64,000 nucleotides of DNA from positions 3,528,165 to 3,592,164 of the forward strand of contig CAJFCJ010000005.1 of assembly GCA_904063045.1 (NCBI GenBank). Reading direction: 5' to 3'. This document shows positions 26,001 to 38,955 of this stretch, piece after piece. The stretch's first letter is position 1. Each line of letters opens with the position of its first letter. A program made the translations under genes and the position numbers. This stretch comes from Dimorphilus gyrociliatus (lineage: Eukaryota > Animalia > Annelida). Under the pieces are notes generated by a model. It worked only from the letters and a program-made list of their open reading frames with translations, made no database searches and was not told the origin of the DNA.

Positions 26001-29000
26001 ATACATCTTTATCATGTGTTCTTGTACACATTCTGGATCACTTGAACCCAGAATACTGAGCAATTCGTCATCAGATATGAAAAAGAATCTTGGGAATGCG
26101 TTACGCTTCGAATCTAGATAATCGTTCAATGATTTTTGACATTTTTCTAATCCAACGCTTAAATTTTGTAGATCGGATAACCGACTAGCAGCATGGCAAG
26201 CTTGTTTGATATTTGGTTGTTTATGGGTATCTGACATAATTTTTTTGAAAGTTTTATCAATTTGATCGAATTTTTTAGCTTCTTCCGGAAGTTGTGAACG
26301 AATGTCACCGCCGACAAAGATACCTTCTAAATACATCCACTTTCTTTGAACAACTAGCCAAATCTATAACAAAATCGTTAGGATATAGGATAATATTTCT
26401 ATTTAATTCATGCATATGATTCTAATACTTACGTCAATAACTTCGGATATATGAGAAAGACTCTTTTCCCAATTTTGAACTGCCATTAAAAATGGTCCAA
26501 TAAAACGGGATGCAGACATACTCTGCAAATTCATTGTATTATCATCAAGAGCTTGAACAATTTCATCGACGGCACCAATTATGAAACCGCGATCAGCAGT
26601 TCCCTTTGTATATTTTTGAACAGAAAATTTCATGTTACTCCAGATTTCTTCAACTTCCTTTACACCCTTTTCAATGCTCAATTCTTTCGTAGCAGAGGTA
26701 ACAATTTCAGCTATGGTATCGATGAAACGATGCAATTCCATAGCAAATACATTTTGTAAAGTAAATGTATCTGGATTCATTTCGAAGTCTTGTTCTGTCT
26801 TTTTCATCAATTCTTTCCAATGTCTTTCTCTAAGAGCTTCGTGTTTCAAATCGACAAACAACGGTAAAGAGTCTCTAAATTCTTTCATTTTTTCGTCCAA
26901 AGCTTTACCAATAGGCATATTTCTAACCTCTCTTGGCAGTTTTCTGAGTTGTTTCAAAAGTCCTTCAATACCATCTTGCAATAATTGAACATTCAAATTA
27001 GCCCACAAGGTTTCTGACCAGACTTCTCTTGCTTTCTGTTAAAGTAATTTAAAATTTGAAATAGGCTTATTAAGGTCTTAATTTGAAGTTCCTAATATTC
27101 TGTATACTAACCAATTGCTCCTCATAAATAGCATAAATCTGTTCATAGCCTTTCATATCTTTTTGAACTTGATACAACTGTTGATACATTGTTATTGGTA
27201 GATCAAACAGTTTTTCAGCGTTTCCGAGTTCTTGTTTATCCGATTCATACTTTTGTACTTCAACCGAATAAAGTTTCATTAACTCTAGTCCCTTATCGAG
27301 ATCTTTGCCAACTGCTCCAGGGCCATCATTGCGGAATCTTTCGGCAAACTCTTCTAATTCTAAACCAAATTTCTTGATTTGATCTTGAGTGATTTGAGTG
27401 AATTTACGCTTAACAATAATTAAGCTAGCATCAATATTCTTGGATTTCCAGACAAGATCATCGTACATATCAGGCAATTTATTGACCTTTTCAAGTTCCT
27501 CATCAGGGGCATTTAGATCATAATTTCTAAGTATTCTATAGCGTTCAGCTATATCTCGCATACTACTCTCAACATCTGTAGAAGTATCTCGAATATCGGA
27601 AATTGTTCTCAAAACGAATTTTAAATCATCTAGAGTTGCTGGACTATGATCCAAATCTTTATCCCTTTGCTATAAATAGTATAAAAATAATGTTAGTATC
27701 AAGAATATCATATTTTCTAAAGAAAGATAATTGAGATAATCATGAGAATACATTTTTTCTATCAAGTTCATCTGTATATGTAGGCCTTTTATTATTAAAT
27801 TATAGTATCGTCTGTTTTGTTTACTTGTTTGTTTGTTTTATACCGACTTACCATTCTTGCTTGATACTCTTGTAGATAAATTCCTTTCTCTTCAATGAGC
27901 TCATCTAAGCTCTAGTAATAGTGATATTTTGTGAAAGAAAGAATTGATCATAGTAAAATTAATTATTAGTATCTTTTTTGTCAAAGTTTCTCAAACGAGC
28001 AGAATAAATAAATAAACCAAAAAAAAATAGGTAACGGAAAAAGACTACGCGCCGCTTTTGCAAGATTTATATCTGAATTTTGTTTTCATTCCATTCAAGA
28101 ATAATAAACAAACTACTAAAAAATAAAAAAAGAAAGAGCATTCAAAAGTGATTTGTTGCTTTTGTTGTTGTTGTTGTTGCTGTTTTTGCCATTCAATAAA
28201 AATACTTTGTCAATTTTAAATCGTTCATTAAAAAAAAAATTGTACATGCTGGAGTATTTTTTTTATGAACGTTCAAGGAATGTTTGTTTCGTACGAATTG
28301 AAATTTTCCAATGTCATTCATTAATAATATGCAATAAGATTTAAAAGATTTTGTGTGTAAAATATGTCTAGTGAGCATATTTTATCATGCGTGTGTTCAT
28401 AAGGTTTTTACTAATATTTATAAATAAGACTTACCACTAATAGATCGTATGTACTATTTAATTTCTCTATTGCCGATTGGTGGAGTGTATCTCCGTATGC
28501 TTTTATCCACATTTCGGCATGATGTTTTATAGAATTTGATAATGGATTAAGTAATAGACAAACGCAATCGATATCTTTCTTAACCACAGCGCCGTTGAGT
28601 TCTTCGATAATTCTTCTATAATATTGAATATTTTGATCGAAATGAGCAACTTCTGGATCTTTTGCATAGAACTTTTCAACAATTTGAGTTTTATCTCCCC
28701 TCCAAATACTTCTGTAGCGACGCCATCTCTGAACAAAGTCTCTAACGGCTGTTAAAGTCGTTCTGATATTTCCTTGAATAGTTAAAATAACTTCAACGAC
28801 GTCAGGATGTTCGTTTATGTCGTTCATAAAGCTAAAGATATATGGTTCATCTTCTCCTTTAATAAACTGAGGTGGGCACTCGACACATGTTCCGTGTTGC
28901 CATCGTACGAATAATTTGGTTCTAAAAAAGATAGGTTGAAAATGATGTGAAATAGCAAGAAACAATAAGAAGGTTACCCTTCAACAATTTCTCTAGCGCA

Positions 29001-32000
29001 TTGTAAAACTTGTTTATAAACTTCGTTTCCTTGCGGATTTAATACTACGTCGGGTCCTGCAAGCATTGCCTGCATTTCAAACTTAGGACAGGGTCCTCTA
29101 ATAAGCATGTTACATCTTTTCAAATTATTTATAGTACACTGGAGAAGAGCATCGTAAATTTTCTTCTCCCAATGATTGTAATACGCTCTTAATTGTTCAG
29201 ATTTTCCTGAGTTTGTATTAGCAACAAGACCTTCCATTTTTGTTAAAAGTGGTCCAATAGCTCGATATTTTCGAGCCAGAGTTTCAAGATCTTTTGATCT
29301 TTCTTTGTCAATGTATTCAAAGTAGTCTTTGCAGGTAAGATATTGATTGTTTTCCCTAGGAGGATCTAGGCATAGATTGGTTGATTTGATAAGCTGTAGA
29401 CGTTTATTAATATCTTTAGTATTCTTGTGAATTTGATTAATAAGAGACTCGAATTTTCCAATGGCCTGAAATGATAATAAAAAATATTAAAGAAATCCTT
29501 ATTTAATTAGAACAATTGGTCTACAAATTAATTAACTTACCGTTTCGCATTTAACGATAAAATCAGCAATACCCAAAGAACTCCAATTAAGTCGTTTAGC
29601 ACCTGGCCTAATAACTCTTCTTAGTTCTTTGATATGATCAACAAGGAGATTAGATTCTGCACTGTCCAAACTAGCTAAAGCTAAATGACATCTATTTAAC
29701 ATGGCCTTTAATCCATCTTGATATTTAATATATTTCTCCTCCTGTAAAGCAATATTTCTGGCTATTTCAGGAACGGAAAAACCAATTTGTTCAATATATT
29801 TCGTTTCGGACATATTCTCCCTTAGAGTTGGATCAAAATCAACCATATACTTAATCTCCATTGGGTTTCCTAATTAAAAAAAATTAATATTCATAAGTAT
29901 TCGTAAATAATAGAAATAAATATTCATATATTTAGAATTATATGGTGAATTAAAGAAGTGGTAACATTTAAAGTGTGAAATAAATTGAAAATCATCCGTG
30001 CTGTTTTATTTTTTTTATATATAGTTAACTAGGTTAAACTGAAATAAACAAATAAATATATTAATTATATTTTCCCGCCAAAAAAAATTAAACAAAATAG
30101 AAGAATATACAGTATTATTTTGTGCTCTTATTATTATTTCTTTATTTGCTTTGTGCTTTTGTGTTCAAACATAAAGACAACAACGAAAAAGTTAACTTTT
30201 CTTTGCTATTAAAAAGTGTGGATGTGCTGTTTCTTTTTAAAAAAATATATAGTAAAAAGTGAAAAAAAAAGAGACGCTCTACTGATAGATATAAAAAATT
30301 TATCTTTTCTTTCTTTTAGTTGTTTTAACAGTGTTTTGTTTTTAGATATACCTTCAGGATCGAATAGCTTTAAACCGGGCTGATTAATTTGTAGAGAGAC
30401 ATCTTAAAAAGGTAAAAAAAAGAGAAAAATGTCTAAAAAATTATGTTCTTTTTATGGAATATTTTTGTTTAATAGTTACTTTGATACAAAAATTAACATT
30501 AAATAAGGGAAAAAAGTGAAAAGAAGTAAAATAACTTCCAATAAAGAAAAAGATATACAAGAAAGAGAATAGTTATTTATTATGGACATTGAAATTGCCA
30601 ATAGAAGGAAAAATTAACAAATTTAAGATGGCGTCCAACTAGATTCCATTTGCATTTTTAAGAGTTATTGTTTTGTATGTATGCATTTTGTTTCCGTTTC
30701 TTTTTTTGTGTAATGCTATATATATATATAAGAAACATCATAACATAGTTAACTTATAAACATATAAAAGAAAAATAATCGTATTCTGACCATCGTTTTT
30801 ACTATACACAACAATTATAAAACCTGAAATTCGTCTATTTTCTGCCCTAATTTCAGGTATTTGTGGAAACGATTCTAATAATTGAATTATAATATCAATA
30901 TAATGAAATATAAAGAAAAAAATCATGCTTATTCATTCTTCTAAATCCTTTAGCTTGGTGTTTTTTTTTTATTCTTTCGTTTGTTATTATTCTAATTACC
31001 AATAAAGTAATATGAAATCGTAACTTACTTCTATCATCTTCATCGTGCGAATCTCCAATTACTCGTTCCGACGGTTTAACTATAAGATTCTTTTTTAATA
31101 GAACTGGTATTGAAACTTCAACATTGTCACGCCAAGACTCATATAGAACATCTTCGAAGGCTTTCATTTGTTTGGCAACGTGTAGATACTTGGCTCTAGC
31201 CTAAAATAATTAATAATAACATTACTATTGTCATAGCGAACTTAATTAGAGTTAATTTTAATTCTCTGATATATCTTACAGCTTTTCCCTGATCGGAAGC
31301 AAGCATTTCTTCCATAGTCTGGAATTTTAGGACTGTTTGTTTGATACGTAGGAAGAGTGACCTTTCCCAGATAATTGTTCCACCGCATGGTGGTTGATTC
31401 TTAGAAATTGGAGGTTTCTCTTTATTAATTTTGAATAATTGGTCCATAATTTCAACTTCTTTTTCGTATTGTTTCAAAATTTCATTTAGTTTCATCATCA
31501 TTTGAGTATTAATAGCATCTCTTGATCTAATATGTTTGAACTTTTGTAGCATGTCAAAGGCTCCTTCAGCCGATCGTAGAGTTTTAAAAGATTTATCAAT
31601 AAACTTCTTAGCCTCGTTTTCAATTTGTTCAACCTCATTCTTAAATGTTTCCTTGAAAACTCGCCATTTAGTGATATTTTTGTAATCGAAACAATTGTAA
31701 GATAGCTGAAAAGTTAATTTGTTATACAAGTTTTTTTTACACATTAATCAATAACAAGCGTTTAAATACCTCAGCTATAGGCTTAACTAAGTTGTCGACC
31801 CTCTTAAGAACTTCTTCTATTTTGTTTGTATCTCCTGTAACCGCTTTCAATTCTGGACCAAATATGTTATAAAACTCTTCCAGAACTTGTGCAAATTCAG
31901 AAAGATCGGCACAAATATTTGACATATAGTCAGTTTTTTCAAAAAGCTTTTTCCTATCAAATTCCCATCTAGCGTCTCTTCCAGATTGTTCTATTCGTCC

Positions 32001-33751
32001 ACGGACTTCAAAGTAAGACTGTCTCCATAAATCTAACATTTGCTTTGCCTCTGAAGTTTTACTCTTTACACTCATTGGTGGATCGCTATAATGAATTTAA
32101 AATAGATGGTAATTAGAAGACCTAATTTGAATAAAAAGCTATTCTTACCTGAATAACGTTCGAACGTTAACGACGCGTTCTACTCTATCGGCCAATTGCC
32201 AAGCTATTCTTTCCATAAGAGGAACCATTCTAATATCTTTATTGTAATGTCTAGAAATAATCCATACCATACGTAAAGCATTCATCATTGAAGGTATAGT
32301 ATCGATAACAACGGCAAAATTGGCTCCATGAGTTACATTTTTAAAATGACGCTCTAAGGTTGATAAGAAACGGACGTTATCTTTAGCCTCCGTATAATAT
32401 TTAGTTAAATCTTGTTTAACATAATCAAATGAATTATCCAGTTGGGAATATATATCCAATATTTGTTTTACTTCTGGAATTCTAAGTTGTTCGTAGAGGG
32501 CACTGAATGCTGCATTTCTCTCCCTCCAATACTCAATTTCAGCCAAAGGACCTAAACCTACAGGTTTACGGTCTTGTTGCAATTCCATAGCCTTATTTAT
32601 TTGACTCGACCAATCTTTTCCTAATTCCTCGATTTGTTCTCGCAATTCTTTATTCTTGAGATTTTCTTCAGGGTTCGGAGACAAATTCAATTCAGGAACA
32701 TGTAATCTTACTTCACCTTCCAATTGCTGCATTGTTCTACTAATACTTGTTGCAAATTTTTGCATAGTTAATAGAAATTCATCTCTGAGAACGTTTAACT
32801 TTTGTTTTTCAGCTTCTATTTTAGCTTGAATCATTTTTTCGTATTTTTCATTGATCTTTTCAGCATCATTCAAATCTTTTGCGTCATCTTCGTCTAACTG
32901 TTCAGTCTGATCGTTTCTTGTATGTTGTAACAATTGAGAGTACAGCTATAAAGACATAACGAAAATAAGTAATTCGTATAAAAATTTCATTATAAAAGGC
33001 ATTACTTCGACAACAGCTTGATCCAACATTTCAATAACCGACGTATTGAAAAATCCATATTCAAAATACTTAGGAAGTTCGACACAAGCTTCTGCCATGG
33101 AATTAGGTAGAGGTACCATTCCACTAGAGTTTCTAACAAAATAGAATATTCGTCCCTTAATAGATTCGCTATTTGCGCCTTCGTAGCACATATGAAGGTA
33201 GGTTTTCATAAATTTGACAATTTCAATTCGCTAATAAAGAAAATTTTAGCTAGTTACAAATGTTTTTTTAAATAAAATATGTACAATAGAAAACTTACTG
33301 TCTTAATAGGTTTTGGTTCTTCTTCGTCTTCATCTCCTGGTTGTTTTTCACCTTCTTGTTCATTTTCACCGCCTTCTTTTTCACTCTTATCGCTTTCTCT
33401 ACCTTCTGGTGAGCTTTTAGAACCTTCGGGAGCTCCTATAGCTGAACCACTTTCGGCTCTGCTTCCAGTCCGGCTTCCATTGCCAGTTTTATCTTCTTGT
33501 TCGGCTTCAATATCTGGAATGGAGGGTTCGCACTCTACTTCTACTTCTTCCTCCTCTTCAACCTCTTTCTTATAAAACTTTATAGCTAACTGGTCTTCGT
33601 TTGGAGTTTCATTAAGGAATTTTGCTAGAATTCTTTCGCATTCTCCATCGTCTCTATTAATTAACTCTTCAAAAACTTCTCCGCCCTCATCTCTGATATC
33701 GAGACCTTTATAAACTCTGTCCCTTATCCATTCAAATCGTACGTCATCCAT
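17089..33751 (-). CDS. DNAH10: Axonemal dynein heavy chain 10, complete, about 16 constitutive exons plus candidate cassette exons
   Basis: N-terminus [14 protein letters not shown]...INRDDG typical of DNAH10. P-loops [24 protein letters not shown] (the non-canonical P3 of DNAH10) and GVGGSGKQ. C-terminus [12 protein letters not shown]...[13 protein letters not shown]. Confidence 0.96.
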
Positions 33752-33824
33752 AATTTACAGAAAAAAATTGCTAATATCAGAGAAGCATTCTGTTATGTTT
33801 CTTGTAGCGCGGTTGTTGCTACTG

Positions 33825-33839
33825 GTTACCATGGGTAAC
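33825..33839. promoter_or_regulatory. RFX X-box motif upstream of DNAH10
   Basis: GTTACCATGGGTAAC fits GTNRCC-N3-RGYAAC and lies 74 bp upstream of the DNAH10 ATG. A GTTGCTAC half-site is adjacent. Confidence 0.75.
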
Positions 33840-34318
33840 TCTACCGGTTTTTTCATTCTTAACTTTTTCCATTTAAAAATTTCTCTTATTAATAATTTTA
33901 TTTGAATAATATTAAAAATAAAAAAAACGTAAAATTATGTAAAAACTTTTTACTTTTTTATAAATTAGTAAAATTATTAAATTTTAGGATTGGCGCCAAT
34001 AATTTTTTTGAGCGATAAATGGGAAGTTATTATTCTTTTTATGTTTTTTTTACTCTTTGATTGACATAAAATTCTTTCTTGAATAATTTATTGAACATCT
34101 TCAATTATTAGATAAAATAACGATGAACATTTCAAATGCCAAAAAGAAGTAGTTTTACATGTAAAAATTTTATAAAAATTGGCTGGCAGCCCGTATACTG
34201 TATATATATATATATATATATACAAGAATATACAACAAAAAAAGATCCATTATAGGCTAACAGCTATTTGCATTTGAATATAGTCAATTCATTCTAGGAA
34301 CAATCAAGTACAGTATAA

Positions 34319-34891
34319 TCACTTCTTGTGATTAATACAGCAAACGCAATCGTCTCTCTGGCAATTGTAGTATTTATTAACCAATTTAGTAATATTGATC
34401 ATTAGTTCTCCTTCTTCGGATTCGGCTAGATTTAATCTATCCACTAAAATATCAATTACTTGTGTCATAACTTCTTTCTGAATTATATTCCTTTCATCTT
34501 GTATCCTTTCTAATTGTTGAAATAAATAGTCTTTGACACCTGTCGATTTAACCATGTCAAAAGGTTCGGCTGGATTTTTTGAACAAAGAGTCTTTTCAAT
34601 GCTATCGTCGTTTGATTCATGGATTTGGCTATCTAGTGTTGTTTGGTGATATAATCTCTTATAATCGGCATTTACGGCATCTCTAAATTAACAGGGGAAA
34701 AAAAACAGGTATTATATACTCAAAACAAACAAAACAGATCATACAATATTTTCTTACTCAAACTTTGAGAATTTTTCACAATTTTTTATGTTTATCTGAG
34801 AATTCGACCCGTTAAAAGTTAAATTACTATGTTTCTCATCCCCAATCGTCTCCTGGATATTTGTAAATTTGAGAATTCCATCAGTATTCAT
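34319..34891 (-). CDS. Two-exon uncharacterised protein of about 165 aa
   Basis: ATG 34891 (MNTDGILKF...), GTAAGA...TTTAG intron, then in-frame continuation into ORF 34319-34555 ending CQRDDCVCCINHKK*. Confidence 0.6.
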
Positions 34892-35627
34892 CTCTTTTCT
34901 ACCGATTGATGCGTCTTCTAGGCTTTTCTAAAGCCTTATGCAATCACCTTAGTCAGAATCTTAGTCTAGAGCGTAAACCTCTTATATTCAATTATCGCTA
35001 TTGCGGAATATTTTGCTTTGAAGATATAAATAATATTTAATAGCCTTTAAAACTATGAAAATTTTGAAAGATTAGCTAAAATTTTCATTGTATGATAAAA
35101 AATGGATAATTATCAAACTGTGTAAATTTATGAATGAGTATTTATTACTCAAATTATTAAAATATAACATAAAAAAAGATATTTTATACAAAACCACTAA
35201 AATTCTATTAAAATCCTTGCAAGAGTTGTGACCAACAAAGCAAATTAAATGAATGTTATGATTAGATGTTTAAAAGAGAGAACTTGATTATATATAAACA
35301 AATATGGTCTTATTTAATTCATAGAAAAGTTGAATTTTTGAAAAAAATTCTCCTCGATCTATCTAACCAGTTTTTCGAGATGATGAGCGATCTTTAGAGA
35401 AAATCAAACGTACATGGACGGCTTTTTTTCTCTATTTTACCAGTTAAGATAGACAAAATAAAAGTAAATTAACAATTATGTAAACATTAATTATTTTGAA
35501 AATAAGGAGTATCCTATTTATGTTTTAGGCTAAAGTTTAGCAAGTACTTCGAAGTTTTTGAGAGAAAACAAAGTGGCGGCTTCTTCTGCGTAAACATCTT
35601 CGTCCTAAGCTTGAAGAATAATCAATA

Positions 35628-36195
35628 ATGTTCAAAACCAACCTTAAGCTAAGCCTTAAATTAGTTAATTTCAGTTAGTATCAATGTTCAAAGTTTTTTT
35701 TAAGTTGTACTCTTAACTAGAGTAAAATTTGTACAACTTTTGTTTTACATGTGCGAGTGCTAACTAAAATCATCTATTATCGTTCAGACTGCATCACAAG
35801 GTCGAGATTCTCGATACAATCAATCAGAAGATGCCAAAAATCAACAAATATAAAGTTAGAGTTTGATGAAAAACAAGTGGAATATTTAGTATGTCCACTT
35901 AGTAAAGGAAGTTTAAGGTTAATATTAATCCTAAGTAGTTAGAATTATATTTATGTATTAAATTAATTTCGTAAGCTTTCTCTTTAATGAACAAACTTTA
36001 AAACTTTCCTTTCAATATTTTAGATATGATAAAGAAAATCAAGTATTAATATCAGACGAAATAGGGGTTGCTTATCCAATTATTGATGGAATACCTAACT
36101 TGATACCTTCAGACGCGAAGAGATTACTTACATATCAACATGAAGAAACAGTGAAAACCTTAGAAAGTAATAAAGAGAAGAGTATATTTTCATGA
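35628..36195 (+). CDS. PYURF: PreY / PYURF-like Trm112-domain protein
   Basis: Spliced ...EFDEKQVEYLVCPLSKGSLR|YDKENQVLISDEIGVAYPIIDGIPNLIPSDA is the PreY/Trm112 signature. The basic N-terminal extension resembles a mitochondrial presequence. The first exon (ATG 35628) is less certain. Confidence 0.8.
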
Positions 36196-36500
36196 TAAAG
36201 ATATGGAAATATAGTTATATAATTATAAATAATTTGCTCTATGGAAATGTTATACGGTTATTGACCTTCGGAGTAAGGACGTCGAAAGATCATTTTTTCA
36301 GATGCTATATATAGAGAAAAAATATATTTAATATGTTCTGTATATTTAAAATTTCACGTAAGTAAATCGGTATAATATAAACATTCTATTGAATTACAGA
36401 ACTTTGTCTTTTACTACGATGTACATCTTAGTAGTTAGTTGTTCTTGTACTTCCTAGCTTTCAATTAAAACCTGAGCAAATTGATTTAATTACATTGAAA

Positions 36501-37233
36501 TTACCAATATTTCTGTTTAAGCATTACGTCCATAAATTCTAGAAAAGAATAATAGATTAATAATTATTATATAGTATGTATATATATGTAATATATTAAA
36601 AAAAGTGACCATTGTAATTAACCATTCCGTCTCCGTCTGTATCAGCCATTTCGATCATTTCTTTAATTTCATTTTCACTTAAGTGTTCACCCAACTTGGA
36701 CATTATTGAAGATATTTCGTCGGCAGAAATGAATCCATTACCGTCCTTATCGAAAGCCTTTCAATAGACTTTATTTTTATTTTACGAGTCGTAATAACAT
36801 AATTATTATAAAGAAAGAAATTACTTTAAACGCTTCCCTGATTTCCTCTTCGCTAGTTCCATTTGAACTTGCCGAAAAGTTAGCCAACATTTCAATAAAT
36901 TGAACAAAATCAATGTTACCATCGCCGTGTTTTATATTCCCATTAGTCATTTCATCTATATCTCGGTCAGTAGGATTTTGACCTAAAGATCTCATAACTG
37001 TTTTTAACTCTTCGACTGTTACGCAACCATCCCCGTCCTTATCAAACATATCAAATGCAACCTTTAGCTCGGCAATTTGTTCCTCGGATAAGAACTGGGT
37101 CTGTTTAAAAAAGGTAAAATAAATAATTTAGGCTAATAAAAGAAGAAAATTTGATAAAAATTTGTTAAGGAACCGATGATATCCATAGTTTGTTTATTCA
37201 GTAAAGATATCTTTAACAAGGATACATTACCAT
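36501..37233 (-). CDS. Calmodulin-like four-EF-hand protein (EF2 degenerate)
   Basis: ATG followed directly by an intron (typical of calmodulins), then [31 protein letters not shown]..., [24 protein letters not shown], ending [11 protein letters not shown]. Confidence 0.88.
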
Positions 37234-38955
37234 ATTTCTTTAAAGTATATGCAGTAAACTAACAATTGACAAATAGTTAATTGATTTCCCAGTTATAAAT
37301 GAGTTGCTTTATAAAGATCCTAATCCTTTGAACAATTCATGTAGCTAGCTATTCCCAACTGGGATTTTAAAGCTCTAAAACTGGTTTATAGTTAAAAGGA
37401 ATATAACTAGATAAAAGACAATAAAAAAATGAGAGAGTTTTACACTTTAATAGTGTTAAAACAAAAGAAAACAAGTGTTTTTTTTTTACAATCCTAACCA
37501 CTTGTTGAACAATATCCTCTTCCCTTTTCTCTTCCTCTTTACCAATCAATCTCATTTTTTTTTATAAATTCATTCTAAAAGCTATCTTAATAAAGGCACT
37601 TGTCGTTCGTTATTGTTTTTCATAAATCTTATTAATATAGCATTGCGCTACTCCCAGCTTTATAATATATTTAAGTAGGTGATTTTTCTTTTTTAGTTAA
37701 ATTACCAATCACTAGATGATTCTATATTGTTTACACGCCATCTACCGTTAATTAAATGATTAAAGAGATAAAAAAAAGTAAAGCTATGTATGTATGCAAA
37801 TAAATAGTATAATAAAAAATATTCAAAAAGGCAGTTGTACAACAGACTAATGGAACATTGATAAAGGAGATTAACTATTATCTGTAAAATCTACAGAAAA
37901 AAAATATAATTTAGGCCTATAACCGAACTATAGTAAACAGAAAAAAGAAAATAATTTACAATTATTTTAGGCCGCCCTTTTCAATTTGATAGTTGTACTC
38001 GATAAATTGATATAATTCCTTTTTACATTATTAATAGTTTTTTATACCTTTGTCTATTTAATAAAGAAGAATATAATTTATTGGAAAAGAAAAAAAAAGA
38101 GGCAATTGTTGTTTCTTTATCTAAAATATTATATAATTGATAAAGATTGAAAAAATATTCCAAAGTATTATTTTTCCACTTCCGGTTTGAATTTTTTCTT
38201 TTTTTTTTTTTTTTATTTTACTTGAATAGAGAAATATAAACAACAGAAATATTTTTTAGTTTACTTTTAGTTGTTTTATTGATTTTTTTTTTAAAAAAAA
38301 AGAAAAAGAAAAGAAATAAGGACGCCCTAATCTTTCCTGAAGATTAATTTTTTTCTTTTATAGCTCCGGAACAACTATAAAACAAAACTGAACAAAGTTT
38401 ATTAATAATCTAACAAAACAGGTATAGATTTAATTAAAGCCTAAATTATATGTTAAAAGAATCTTTGCTCGTCTTCTTTCTTTCTTTAGAAAGCTCTAAT
38501 TAGACTATTTTAATACAATTGAATTGCAAGAAAAATGAGATAAATATAACCGAAATATATGGGTGAAGTTTATGATCAATGCCTATTCTTAACTACTGAA
38601 TGGCAATCAATGCTCTAAGATAATCATACAACTCTTTGTCACCGTTTTGTCGATACAGTTGCTAAGAGCATTCAACACTCCCACGTGACTTTATTCACGT
38701 AAACTGTTGCTCTCAGATACCAGTCTCTTAATTGGAAGAAAAGAGAAGGAGTGGGCGGAGGAAAAATAGCCCGTTCATATAAAGGATTCAAACGGCCAGT
38801 CTGAAGTCCGCTCTTGTCAAGTCTGTTTTGGTTATTGAATTTATTCGTAAGAGTTGGAATTTATTTCTTTTCATTACACCTATCAATTAACTTTGGAATA
38901 AGAAGAGACTATTATTATATTTTTTTCATTATCATTGTTACAATTCAATTCAAAA

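Noticed and set aside
17567-33575. Numerous plus-strand ORFs over DNAH10, and antisense ORFs over SRRT, NEK1 and the cysteine synthase
   Set aside because: These are antisense or alternate-frame shadows of real coding exons.
35330-35625. Exon-like segments upstream of PYURF
   Set aside because: They could not be joined into a stop-free model and resemble no known protein.
36196-36500. PIGY-like second cistron downstream of PYURF, as in the human bicistronic transcript
   Set aside because: No suitable hydrophobic small ORF is visible.
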